The notes below the pieces were generated by a model, which saw only the letters and a program-made list of their open reading frames with translations, was not told the DNA's origin and made no database searches. Positions 1 through 13,288 of a DNA stretch of 64,000 bases are shown one piece after another. The translations under genes were made by a program, and so were the position numbers. The DNA comes from Eledone cirrhosa (Eukaryota), in contig OZ024765.1 in assembly GCA_964016885.1 (NCBI GenBank), forward strand, positions 4,774,001-4,838,000, written 5' to 3'. The first letter of the stretch is position 1. Each line of letters starts with the position of its first letter.

Positions 1-535
1 CCACCATATCTTCACCACCACCATATCTTCACCATCACCATCTCCTTACCACCACCACCATCTCCTTACCACCACCACCATCTCCTCACCATCACCATCA
101 TATCTTCACCACCATAATCTTCTCATCACCACCACTAACACCATCTCACCCCACCACCATCTCACCCCACCACCACCACAACCACTACTATCTCCTCACC
201 TCTGCCATCTCCTCACCACCACCATCACCATCTCCTCACCACCACCGCAACCACCACCACTACTATCTCCTCTAGAAATAACAAACCATTTAAATGTTGA
301 GCAGTTTTTTCTCCTGAAAGAATTGTTTCCAGTCTTAAAATCCAGGATTTTTATTTTAAAATTTAAATTAATCTAAACATCACCAATGAAAGAATTTCTA
401 TTTTAAATAGAACTTGTCAAAGCTTGTAGCTGTGTGGTTAACACTTTGATACCAGCATGCGCTCAACTGCAGCCATGAAGCAACCATGCTTCATTGAATG
501 TACAAGCTTGGATGAACTGATAGAGAAACTGGGTT

Positions 536-1205
536 TAACCCTTTAGTATTTACGTTATTCTATATTTACTATTATATTTTCATGGTCAAGGCTTTATCGT
601 ATATAATATCTCACATAGCATTCATATAACTCTATATTTATTATATTTTCATGGTAAAGGCTTTACCTCACATAATATCTCACATAGCATTTACATAACT
701 CTATATTTATTATATTTTCATGGTAAAGGCTTTACCTCACATAATATCTCACATAGCATTTACATAACTCTATATTTATTATATTTTCATGGTAAAGGCT
801 TTACCTCACATAATATCTCACATAGCATTTACATAACTCTATATTTATTATATTTTCATGGTAAAGGCTTTACCTCACATAATATCTCACATAGCATTTA
901 TATAACTCTATATTTATTATATTTTCATGGTAAAGGCTTTACCTCACATAATATCTCACATAGCATTTACATAACTCTATATTTATTATATTTTCATGGT
1001 AAAGGCTTTACCTCACATAATATCTCACATAGCATTTATATAACTCTATATTTATTATATTTTCATGGTAAAGGCTTTACCTCACATAATATCTCACATA
1101 GCATTTATATAACTCTATATTTATTATATTTTCATGGTAAAAGCTTTATCTCATATAATTATCTCACTTAATATCGAATCTATGAGATTTTGATGTTATT
1201 TATTT
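536..1205 (-). mobile_element. piggyBac-like MITE end carrying a 69-bp tandem array (about 8-9 copies)
   Basis: starts TTAACCCTTTAGTATTTA; unit ...GGTAAAGGCTTTACCTCACATAATATCTCACATAGCATTTACATAACTCTATAT..., matches the right part of the MITE at 37588-38062. Confidence 0.75.
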
Positions 1206-1476
1206 TGAGTAGCGGCTCTACCTGGGAGAAGGGAGGTCGGTGTAAAAGCCAAACTCACTATCTTCAATTTGGTTTTTGTGCCAACCCTTCCTTATGGGCA
1301 TGAATCTTGGGTAACGACCAAAAGAATACAATCACAAATACAAGCAGCCGAAATGAGGTTGCCCCCGAAGGGTCTTTGGAGTAACATTACTCAATAAAGT
1401 GTGTAGCTCAGAGATCAAAGAGAGTTATTAGAATTTGATTAATTAATTGGTTGTTCTCATCATTTCTTTCCTCTAG

Positions 1477-1595
1477 AAATTCCAATCAGGAGTTGTGGGC
1501 CACCAACATAAACAAAGCTGACGAAGGTGTTTACAGGTGTGAAACGTGGAATAAATATGGAAATAAATCTGCTGTGGCAATGGTTAGAGTGGCAG
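1477..1595 (+). CDS. IgSF Ig/FN3 receptor, exon A (C-terminal half of an Ig domain)
   Basis: ttctttcctctag acceptor, G|gtaag donor; translates NSNQELWATNINKADEGVYRCETWNKYGNKSAVAMVRVA (DxGxYxC motif). Confidence 0.93.
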
Positions 1596-1935
1596 GTAAG
1601 TGGAATATCTGTTGGTTTTACTGGTGATAAGAGGGATGTGGAATGAGATGGTTAGGTCATGTGTTGAGGAGGGATGAAAGTGACTGGGTGATGGCAAATT
1701 GAGCCAGAGCTAATGGTGAATATTGTGAAGAGAATTGGAATGATATGAATGGGAGATACATATATTTACACACATACACACATTCATATTACATACATAT
1801 ATATATACATATATATAAATGCAGAGATTATATTTAATTTGTTGGGATTCAACAAGCTTAAAAATCCAGGAAGCTCCAACCGTTAAGGTTGTCTTTTTTT
1901 CGGGTATGTCAATATTTATTTATAAAACAAATCTG

Positions 1936-2001
1936 TATTTTATCTGATGAAAGCACACCATAATTTGCCTTGGTTGCCCTTGAAATATATATAATAAAAT
2001 A
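1936..2001 (+). ncRNA. Minimal type I hammerhead ribozyme motif (Penelope pLTR-type)
   Basis: TATTTTAT-CTGATGA(1944)-imperfect stem II-GAAA(1982)-TATATA-TA-ATAAAATA; stem I TATTTTAT/ATAAAATA, palindromic stem III. Confidence 0.7.
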
Positions 2002-2039
2002 AATATGGTTTTATAAATATAGTTTCCATTTATTAATAT

Positions 2040-2080
<41 letters not shown>

Positions 2081-3394
2081 CAAGAGTAACCAATCTTAAA
2101 GAGATGGAGATAGGAGAAGAGAAGAGAGATTGGTGAATTAGTTAGAAGCCAAAGCGTAAAGGCATGTGCTCAATGTGCAATATGCAGTGGAAGGCAGCTA
2201 GGTGGCTGGGTGCATGCAGGGATTAGATGCACAGAGCTGGAAATATTCTTTAGTTAAACAAAACAAGACCACAAATCTCACAAGGAAGACATTATTAAAA
2301 GATTGTCAACATATTTGTAGTTTAATGTAAGGAATGTAAAGAATAATAATAATTGTTTCTACTTTTGGCACAAGGCCAGCAATTATCCCAGCGGTATTAC
2401 TGGTACTTTATTTTATCGACCTCCGAAAGGATGAAAGGCAAAGTTAACCTTGACGGGATTTGAACTCAGAATGGCCGTTTACAATTGTAAACGGACATTA
2501 TTAGTATTATTATTATTATTCTTTACATTCCTTACATTAAACTACAACTATGTCGACAATCTTTTAATAATGTCTTCCTTGTGAAATTTGTGGTCTTGTT
2601 TTGCTTAACTAATGAATATATATATATATATATAAAAAAAAAAATATATATATATATATATTATGAAAATAACCCTTTAGTATGAAAATGAAAATAACCC
2701 TTTAGTATTAATTCTTCGGCTCTGTTTAATTACATTGAGCTATACCTTTTACTGTCATTTCTATAATACGAAGAGGGTGTTTAACTCCAACACGCTCCAG
2801 TATTTTAATCCTTATATAAAAATATATATATATATATATATATAGGAGACGATCGACTTTCGTCAAATCGGACCGAGGGAACAATGTTTCCGTTGGTCTT
2901 TCCAATTGCTAATACTATCTATCGGTCGCAACTCCAGGTAGAAGGAGCAACGTGAAATAAAGTGTCTTGCTCAAGGACATAACGCATCGCCTGGTCCAGG
3001 AATCGAACTCACAACCTTACGATTGCGAATCCAATTCTCTAACCACTCAGCCACACGCCTTCACTATATATATATAGTAAAATGACGGAGTAAAGGACAC
3101 GCGTGTATCCCGGTAATCAAATGAGCTCAAAGGAAAGAGTTTTGCTGGACATTTTATGTATATATATATATATTTTTTTTATCTGATCCGAAAAAGCTGA
3201 GTTATGGTGGATCAGGTATTTGGTGGTCATGGGTTTGTCATAATGTGAATGGAGAATTTGCATTCTATTACTAATAGATCATCATCATCATCATTTCATT
3301 TTACGTCCACTTTTCCCTGCTTGCAAGGGTGGGACCCTTGTTCTCTCTAATTCTTTGGGGTTGCACATGCGGGACACGTTCCTCATCATTCTTA

Positions 3395-3830
3395 CTAATA
3401 GTTTCCAACCAGAGTTCTGTGTCTAGTACAGGTCATCTATGGTTGGGGTGTTTATTTGGGTAGTCTAGGGTAACTCTAATACTCTGGTGGATGGAGTTAG
3501 CTATTTGCTGGATGCTTTCCATGGTGTTCTTCTCTAATTCCTGACCATTCTCCTGTGGGGGTGTTTTTACTACAATGTTTATGTCATCTACGTAACGGGA
3601 GTACATAGTCAAGGTTATAAAATTGTCATCTAAGCATTCCTTAAGTCTTCTGTCCCACCATACCATAAAGAGGTTAGCTATGTCACCTGCAATGCTAACA
3701 CCAATGGTTTCCCCCTCCTCTTAGGCATAAGTTTTGACATTAAACTTAAACATATGTTCCTTAAGGGTTAGTTTTACACTGGCCACCACCACATGTGCAA
3801 TCATTTTCACAGCTTCATATGCAAATGAGA
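3395..3830 (-). mobile_element. Penelope-like retroelement reverse transcriptase fragment (degraded)
   Basis: IGVSIAGDIANLFMVWWD...YSRYVDDINIV...ANSIHQSIRVTLDYP..H..*PVLDTELW; in-frame stop present. Confidence 0.75.
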
Positions 3831-4006
3831 TTAATCACCTCATTTACACAGACGAAAAAACAAACTATATATTTTCACCTGTTATTCTTGCTCTTGTGTT
3901 GGATGCATAATCTGATGGATGTGTAACAGCAATATACATGAACGGTAAAGTGTAAATGAACTAAGAGAGAAATTAGGCATAAGAGGGATCAGATGCAGTG
4001 TACTAG

Positions 4007-4071
4007 TATTTTGTCTGATGAAGGCATACCATAATTTAACTTGGTATCCTTGAAATATGTATAATGAAATA
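4007..4071 (+). ncRNA. Minimal type I hammerhead motif, paralog of 1936-2001
   Basis: TATTTTGT-CTGATGA(4015)-AGG.ATACCA/TGGTAT.CCT-GAAA(4052)-TATGTA-TA-ATGAAATA; shared flank continues to about 4110. Confidence 0.7.
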
Positions 4072-4110
4072 AATATGGTTTTATAAATATAGTTTCCATT
4101 TGTTAATATC

Positions 4111-4197
<87 letters not shown>

Positions 4198-4426
4198 TAT
4201 TTGTGCGTATATATATGTATATATGTATGTGCATGTGCGCGTATATAGAAGGATGTATATGTGTGTGTATATATACGTATATGTATATATGCATATATAT
4301 ATATGTGTGTGTGTGTGTGTGCGCGTATATATATATATAGAGAGAGAGAGAGACGTGTATGTTTGTGTATATAAACATATATGTGTGTGTCTACATATAT
4401 CTATATATGTATGTATACGTGTTTAC

Positions 4427-4472
<46 letters not shown>

Positions 4473-4794
4473 GTGTATGTGTGTTTATGTATATGTGTGT
4501 GTATGTGTGTATCAGTCAGATTTACTGATATTTATTTCTATTTCGGTTCCCCCTCCCCCACCTCCTTCCTCCCCTCCTCCCCTACCTCCCCATCCCCCCT
4601 CTTCCTGTTGTAGTAACTTTGCTGAAAGTCTTGTTCACTGACTTGTGAAGACATACATACATATCTAGATTCCCCACAGAGGAATCCATTGTTTTGTTCT
4701 CACTTGAAAAACTAGACATGCTTAAATTTCTCCTGTTCTTGCTTCCATCTACTGAATTAGTAATGCTTTTAAAGTTAGGCAATACTTTAAAAAG

Positions 4795-6500
4795 CAAACA
4801 CACACAAAACACACACAAAACACACACAGAAACACACACAAAACACACACAGAAACACACACAAAGCACACACAGAAACACACACAAAACACACACAGAA
4901 CACACACAGAAACACACACAAAACACACACAGAAACACACACAGAAACACACACAGAAACACACACAAAACACACACAGAAACACACACAAAACACACAC
5001 AAAACACACACAAAACACACACAGAAACACACACAAAACACACACAGAAACACACACAGAAACACACACAGAAATACACACAGAAATACACACAGAAACA
5101 CACACAGAAACACACACAGAAACACACAAAACACACACAGAAACACACACAAAACACACACAGAACACACACAGAAACACACACAAAACACACACAGAAA
5201 CACACACAAAACACACACAAAACACACACAAAACACACACAGAAACACACACAAAACACACACAGAAACACACACAGAAACACACACAGAAATACACACA
5301 GAAATACACACAGAAACACACACAGAAACACACACAGAAACACACACAAAACACACACAGAAACACACACAGAAACACACACAGAACACACACAGAAACA
5401 CACACAGAACACACACAGAACACACACAGAACACACACAGAAACACACACAGAAACACACACAGAAACACACACACAAAACACACACACAAAACACACAC
5501 AGAAACACACACAGAAACACACACAAAACACACAAAACACACACATGCATACATACATACACTCACACACACACATACATACACACACTCACACACACAA
5601 GTGAAATCCCACAAAAAAAAAGAACTACCTATACACACAGAAAAAATACCCACATATAAAAATATACACATAATAAAATAATACACAGAAAAACCGACAC
5701 ACACATACACGCACAAAAACACAAACACATACACACACAAAAACATGAACACATACACGTACAAAAGCACAAACACACACAAACACAAACACACAAAAAC
5801 CTACTCACAAAAAAACATGAAAAAGCCAACAAAAATACACACACACACACACACAAACAAACACGCACACATACACGGGTAAAAGAACCCACACAAAAAC
5901 ACACACACTCAAAAATACAAAAAGCACACACAAAAACACAAAAAACACACACACACAAAAAAAGCCCACGCATACACAAAAGAACACACTCAAAAAGCCC
6001 ACATATACACAAGAGAACACACACACAAAAAAAGCCCACACACACACACAAAAGAACACACAGACTTTGATGCCTACACTCACAAAAGAACACACACAAA
6101 AAAGCCCCCACACACACAACAGAACACATACAAAAAAAGCCCCCCCCCCCACACACACACACAACAGGACACACATACAAAAAAAAGCCCACACAACAAA
6201 ACACACATACAAAAAAAAAGCCCACACACACAACAGAACACACATACAAAAGAAAGCTCATACGCACACAAAAGCCCGCACACACACACACAACAGAACA
6301 CACATACAAAAGAAAGCTCACACGCACACAAAAGCCCGCACACACACACAACAGAACACACATACAAAAGAAAGCTCACACACACACAAAAGCCCACACA
6401 CACACAACAGAACACACATACAAAAGCCCACACACACAACAGAACAAACATACAAATGAAAGCCCACACACGCACACAAAAGAACACACAGACTTTAAAA
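4795..6500. repeat. AC-rich low-complexity minisatellite region (11-12-bp ACACACAGAAAC units, then about 60-bp degenerate units)
   Basis: direct inspection. Confidence 0.9.
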
Positions 6501-7489
6501 CCAACACTCATAAAAAAACTCACAGACACCAAAAAAGGAAAGAAACACAGAAGATGCAAGGATAACATGTAAAAAACAAATGTTTGATAAGAAAGTGAAA
6601 TAAAATAATTTCTAAAAGAAATGAAATAATGTCTTTGATTGGAATAAGTTCCTCAGAACTTCCAGAAACATCATGGAGGAAATAAAAATGGAATTCTTTT
6701 CTTTTTTCTATGAAATCAAACTTGTATCCATCACGACATATTAGGTTCACTGTGTTGTATGTTATCTTAAAGTTTTATACATAACCTACAAGGACCAGCT
6801 GAGAAGTTCAGAGGGTGACCAAGATATTCTCATGGAATTACCAAATGAGGTTTACTTTTCATATAAATACATTGTTTCTTTCTAGAAACAATGTATTTAT
6901 TAATAAGAAGAGCTGAAATTAATTATTTCTACTTTAGGCACAAGGCCAGCAATTACCCAGTACATTACTGGTACTTTATTTTATCGACCCCGTAAGGATG
7001 AAAGGCAAAGTCAACCTCGGCGGGATTTGAACTCAGACCATAAAGGGACGTAACTATGCTGGAAAGCATGGCGTCCGACTCTCTACCGATACTGCCAATT
7101 CATATAATGATATATATATATATATATAATGATGAAATGATGATGATGATGATGATATATATATATATATATATATACCTTGAATTTGTATGCAATAGTA
7201 TCTTCATACCTGGTCCGGTCTTCCTTATCTACTTTAGGCACAAGGCCAGCAATTACCCAGTGTATTACTGGTACTTTATTTTATCGACCCCGTAAGGATG
7301 AAAGGCAAGTTAACCTCGGCGGGATTTGAACTCAGAATGGCAAGGGCCGTAGCTCTATGCTAGAAAGCATGGTGTCCGACCCTCTACCGATACTGCCAAT
7401 CTACCTATAGATAATAATGTAAAAACTTCAACACTTCTCCATTTTCAGAGCACAGCTCATTTCTTTGATTTCCGATTCTATATTTTCAG

Positions 7490-7603
7490 TTCCACCTGTA
7501 ATATTGGTACCAATAGGGCATGTCATTGTTGAGGAAAACACAACCAAAATATTGAACTGTCAAGTTTATGGTGATCCTCATCCACTGGTCTTTTGGGCAA
7601 AAG
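7490..7603 (+). CDS. IgSF receptor exon B (N-half of next Ig domain)
   Basis: ttttcag acceptor, G|gtaaat donor; VPPVILVPIGHVIVEENTTKILNCQVYGDPHPLVFWAK (C..GxPxP.V.W); phase 1 matches exon A. Confidence 0.93.
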
Positions 7604-7671
7604 GTAAATACCACTGAAAATTTACCCATCTCACCAAATGCTTGAATTACCTATAAGCTAAATAAGCTACA

Positions 7672-8207
7672 CCATTCAGAACATAAGCTGGCAACATCTG
7701 ACTATGAGAGAGAGAAATGCCGGCCTCCCACACATATCTGTCATTGTATGTAAAAGGAGAGATTTGCTGGCCACTGCCATCGTGCCACCTATGAGGCTGT
7801 GTCCCCATTAGTGCTTTGGAAAACCACAAGCAGTCACTAATAACAGGGGACACAAGGTCCCCTACCCCAATTTGCTGGCCACTGCCATCGTGCCATCTCT
7901 GAGGCTGTGTCCCCATTAGTACTTTGGAAAACCACAAACAGTCACTAATAACAGGGGGCACAAGCTCTCCTACCCCAATTTGCTGGCCACTGCCATCGTG
8001 CCACCTATGAGGCTGTGTCCCCATTAGTGCTTTGGAAACCACAAGCAGTCACTAATAACAGGGGACACAAGCTCTCCTATCCTGATGTCATCTCCAGAGA
8101 TTCTGGTATTGAAATCCAGGACTTGGCAACGGCAATGAACGACAGACCCACGTGGAGATCAATTGTTGAGTCCATTTTGGCTGAGACTGCAAGCTGATGA
8201 TGATGAT
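7672..8207 (+). mobile_element. RTE-like LINE 3' end with 107/108-bp segment triplicated
   Basis: RFAGHCHR...LWKP...DVISRDSGIEIQDLATAMNDRPTWRSIV then (TGA)n tail. Confidence 0.8.
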
Positions 8208-8684
8208 ATCTTAGGGTTACACCCCCTCAAGGTGGGGTGGGGCTCATCTTAAAAATGTTTTTTTTTAAATTTGATCACTAGTTTTTATTCTTTAACACTA
8301 AATCATCAAAAATTGTATATATACTCCTATTTTCTGGCGTGTTTACATGCCTAGATATTAGATATGTGTATATATTTATACACTTTTGTGCACAATAACA
8401 GGCTGAACCAATTACAGGGCAATGGCTACTGCCAACCATTTCTAAAGTCCACTGAAATACTCTGATAGACATAGTCACACATCTAGGGTAGCACTCCACC
8501 CCAACAACTAACTACACCAGTTATGGGGAGATGGACACCACCAAACATTTCTAAGACCCACTGAAATGCCATGACAGACAGTCAGACATCTCGCGTAGCA
8601 CCTTAATTCTAACAACTTGCTCTACCAATTACAAGAACTTGGTTGATTCATTGTCTTTCATCTTCTATCATTTGTTGTTTGTAG

Positions 8685-8840
8685 ATGGCATCCCTTTGCT
8701 TACCATCAATAGCAGATTAAAGGTATTAGACACAGGATTAAAGATCATCAATATCTCCCATGCTGATGAAGGGAATTACACCTGTACTGCCGTAAATGAT
8801 GCAGGGAACCAATCAGCCACAGGAATCCTTTCAATTGAAG
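8685..8840 (+). CDS. IgSF receptor exon C (C-half of Ig domain)
   Basis: tttgtag / G|gtgag; DGIPLLTINSRLKVLDTGLKIINISHADEGNYTCTAVNDAGNQSATGILSIE. Confidence 0.95.
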
Positions 8841-8921
8841 GTGAGACTATTTGTGTTTTTTTCTGTTCCACATTCATTCCTTTGTATATGAAGGTTTTCG
8901 GCTGAAATAGCTCTTATTTAT

Positions 8922-9743
8922 TTAACCTCTTCAGTGTCGTAGACGAGATAACTTGTCCTAACATGTATGGATTCCAGTGCCATGGACAAGATAAGTCATC
9001 CTAACATGTTTCAACTTGTTTCCAACAGTTCGTAATTTCAATTATGAACTTGTTTACCAACAGTTCATAACTTCAAAGTTATCAACTCTTTTCCAACAGT
9101 TTATAACTTCAAAGTTATGAACTCTTTTCCAACAGTTCATAACTTCAAAGTTATGAACTCTTTTCCAACAGTTTATAACTTCAAAGTTATGAACTCTTTT
9201 CCAACAGTTTATAACTTCAAAGTTATGAACTCTTTTCCAAAAGTTCATAACTTCAAAGTTATGAACTCTTTTCCAACAGTTCATAACTTCAAAGCTATGA
9301 ACTCTTTTCCAACAGTTCATAACTTCAAAGTTATGAACTCTTTTCCAACAGTTTATAACTTCAAAGTTATGAACTCTTTTCCAACAGTTCATAACTTCAA
9401 AGCTATGAACTCTTTTCCAAAAGTTCATAACTTCAAAGTTATGAACTCCTTTTCAACAGTTCATAACTTCAAAGTTATCAACTCTTTTCCAAAAGTTCAT
9501 AACTTCAAAGTTATGAACTCTTTTCCAAAAGTTCATAACTTCAAAGTTATGAACTCCTTTCCAACAGTTTATAACTTCAAAGCTAGATGGGGTTACTAGT
9601 TTATTGATGTGATGTTTGTCAATCATTCAGATATATGTTGTTAATAAATGTATGTTTTAAAAAAATAGTCATGTTAATGAGAGAAAACAAACCAGCACAG
9701 CAACTGTAGCTGTGTAAAATATATGTGGCAGTCAACAGGTTAA
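8922..9743. mobile_element. Putative TTAA-flanked MITE containing a 36-bp palindromic minisatellite (about 9021-9583, about 15 copies)
   Basis: TTAACCTCTTCAGTGTC...GGCAGTCAACAGGTTAA imperfect TIRs; unit TTCCAAC-AGTTCATAACTT-CA-AAGTTATGAACT-CTT. Confidence 0.6.
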
Positions 9744-9874
9744 TCCTTCTGTCTATATTTCTAATGAAATATACACTATTTCAGAGGGTGCTATATATAC
9801 ATTATACAAGACTAAGTTATCACCCATCACTACACTGTCGGTAAAATAGACACACACACAAACAACCAAAAAAT

Positions 9875-9912
<38 letters not shown>

Positions 9913-9920
9913 TATGTAGA

Positions 9921-9995
9921 TATTTTCATCTGATGAACGAAACAGACGTTTCTGTTAGAATCATCTAAATTCATGAAACCTTGAGTAATGGAATA
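9921..9995 (+). ncRNA. Degenerate hammerhead motif
   Basis: TTTCAT-CTGATGA(9930)-...-GAAA(9975)-CCTTGAG-TA-ATGGAA; stem II has mismatches. Confidence 0.5.
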
Positions 9996-10044
9996 ATTAT
10001 GTTGTGTTGTTTATTACATAATTAAATATATATATATATATATA

Positions 10045-10392
10045 TACTGTTGTCCCCTGGTATTCGCAAGGTGGGGGTGGGCAGGGGGTAACATTCCTAG
10101 AGCAACAGCGAAGAGTGAAAAACCCCGAATATAGAGCGTGGTCCGTAAAAATGCCTTATAAACATCAAAATATAATGCGAAGGGGCGTCCAATAGGCTGG
10201 CAATACAGTATATTTTTATTAATAATTTAGCGTGAAAAAAATATATATTGCCACAAAAAAAGTCATTTAAAATATTGTGGAAAATATTTATGATTCTGTG
10301 AATATGCGGTGGTTTTTATGAGCAATTATTAGTTAGGTTCTAAGGAAAATTCCGCAAATAACCGGTTCTGTAAATGTCAGGAGTACACTGTG

Positions 10393-10394
<2 letters not shown>
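10045..10394. mobile_element. pogo/Tigger-like MITE
   Basis: TA-flanked CTGT...CACTG ends; homologous to 51872-52979. Confidence 0.55.
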
Positions 10395-10455
<61 letters not shown>

Positions 10456-10880
10456 TTACATTACTCCAGAGTAACCAAACCAACCTGTGCACTTCGTCGA
10501 GTGCTCCAATCTGCATACTGAGGTGTTGGTATACAACCAACATATACTCAAAATATATATATATATATGTATATATATAGGTATTGAAGTTTCCGTTGAA
10601 AATTGAAAAAGTCATAGGAATGAAGAGTGCTCTATGTAAGTGCCAGAGCTAAATTTAATGTATAATAAACAATACAATATAATTACCTCATTACCAGAGG
10701 TTTCCCGAATAAGACGAATATGAAAAACGTCCTCATTCGTTCGTCAGACAAGGCAATTTAAAACATAGTGAAATATTTGAAAAATCTCTTCAAGAAATGC
10801 AAGAGTTTAACGGGCAAAAAATATATAAATAAAAGTAATGCAAGAGATATATATATTAAAAAAAAAAATATATATATATA

Positions 10881-11135
10881 TTGTTTCCTTGAGCAAGACA
10901 CTTTATTTCACATTGCTCCAGTTTACTCAGCTGTAGAAATGAGATGATAGGGACTGGGGTCCCTATCATTCCACTGCAAAGTGGACGTGGAGGTGCCACG
11001 GAAAAAAAGCACCCATCACTCACTGTAAATGAGGTTGGTGTTAGGAAGGGCATCCAGCTGTAGAAATCAAGCCAGAATCAGTTCCCATCCCACCCTTGCA
11101 AGCAGGGAAAAGTGGACGTAAAATGAAATGATGAT
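10881..11135 (+). mobile_element. SINE (CORE-like) with RTE-type 3' tail
   Basis: CCTTGAGCAAGACACTTTATTTCAC core; ends CCCACCCTTGCAAGCAGGGAAAAGTGGACGTAAAATG..(ATG)n; minus copies at about 12514-12822 and 31830-32130. Confidence 0.75.
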
Positions 11136-11814
11136 GAAATGATATATCTATATATATATGAACAAGATGTGGTTGATGGACCTGACTTGTCTCATAAGTC
11201 AACAACTCATCTAACCCATTCAAACGTGGAAAAATGGATGTTTAATGATGATGATGAGGATGCTAAACACTTTATATATTGGTTTAAGCCAGAAATTCTG
11301 GCCCTCTGATCATTAAAGATCTTATATAAAATGATGGTGGAAGTATTTTATAACAAATAGATTTATATCATAGAAGCAGGAGTGAATTCTGGTTCTCTGC
11401 TTTTGAAATGGTGAAAAAGAACCACCCAAACATCCCCTACTCGTACATATATACATATATACATATATACATATATACATACACACACAAATTCATACTT
11501 ACATACACACACACATACATATATATATATATGTATATATATATATGTGTATATTAATATATATATATGTATATTAATTTATATATATATATATTAATAT
11601 GTATATATATATATTTATATATATATATATGTGTGTATATATATTATACATATATGTATGTATATATTAATATATATAGATATATATGTATGTATATATT
11701 AATATATATATATATATGTGTATGTATATATATACATATATATATATATATGTGTATATGTGTGTATGTATGTATATATATACATAACTATATATGTGTA
11801 TGTATGTATATATA

Positions 11815-11848
<34 letters not shown>

Positions 11849-13076
11849 TATATATGTATGTATCTATCTATATATATATATATGTATGTATGTATATATA
11901 TTAATATATATGTATGTATGTATATATATTAATATATATGTAAATATATATATATATGTATGTATGTATATTAATATATATATAATGTATATATATATTA
12001 ATATATATACATTAAAGTTATCAAAGTTAAGTAAAGTTATATATATCTCTCTCTATATATATATGTATATATATTTATATATGTGTGTATATATATATGT
12101 ATGTATATATATATATATATACACACATATATTTATATATATATGCGTATGCATATATATATATTAATATATATATATTAATATATATATTAATAAATAT
12201 ATATATACCTACAACAATCTTATATTCACCTGTAATATTATGGTGTGAGGGAACTATTGACATTATAAAATAGATAGAACATGAATAAAACATTCTACAG
12301 TGTGTTTTTATGAGTAAATATCAATGACACTTTCACAAGTTATTGCTATATAGAAACAAAGATATGTTTGTGTAGTAAAACTAGCTTGTTTCTAGCTGTG
12401 GAGTATTGAAAGTGTTAAAGGTGCTAAAGTAGAAAACACTGGTAACAAACACAAACACACACAATGGCACAAAATCTAGCTGAATTAATAATGTGATTAT
12501 TATATATATATATCATCATCATCGTCATCATCATTTCAATTTACGTCCACTTTTTCCCTGCTTGCAAGAGTGGGACGGGAACTGATTCTGGCTTGATTTC
12601 TACAGCTGGATGCCCTTCCTAACACCAACCTCATTTACAGTGAGTGCTGGGTGCTTTTTTTCCGTGGCACCTCCACGTTCACTTTGCAGTGGAATGATAG
12701 GACTCCAGTCCCTATCATCTCATTTCTACAGCTGAGTAAACTGGAGCAATGTGAAATAAAGTGTCTTGCTCAAGGAAACAACACATCACCCGGTCTGAGA
12801 ATTGAACTCACAACCTTTCGATGAATCGTAGATGAAAGATGAAGGAAAACAGTGCTCGATCTGTTGCAAGAGAGCTTATTTAGTATAACCAAAGTCTCAT
12901 ACACTTAACATGTATGTGGAACCATTGGTTTTGGAGTCTATTTATGACCACCACCGTATATTGGAGGTAGCAATATATACAGTGGTGGCCATAACTGGAC
13001 CCCAAAACAAATAGTTGCACATTCATGTTAAGTGTATGAAACTTTGGTTATACTACGTAGTATATATATATGTATG

Positions 13077-13260
13077 TACCGTATTTCCCAGCGTCGAAGA
13101 CACTACTTCTTTCCTAAATTAAGTCTCAAAATTCTACCATGGCCCCTGGAGGCCGTAGGTTACATTCTTGTGTTATTTTTTTTTTTTTTCAAATTTTTGG
13201 TTGTCAAAATTAGGGTGCGTCCTTGAGGACGAAGTGACTTCGGCGCCGGGAAATATGGTA
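13077..13260. mobile_element. Tc1/pogo-like MITE
   Basis: TA|CCGTATTTCCC...GGGAAATATGG|TA TIRs; inverted copy at about 38114-38286. Confidence 0.7.
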
Positions 13261-13288
13261 TGTATATATATATATACATTAGATGGTG

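Noticed and set aside
4100-6568. Long ORFs rich in C/V/F or H/T/K
   Set aside because: Translations of AC-rich simple repeats; the same applies to all YI/IY, poly-L/T/H/S/K/E ORFs in the track
9021-9583. CRISPR-like 36-bp palindromic repeats
   Set aside because: No unique spacers, no cas genes, and eukaryotic intron context
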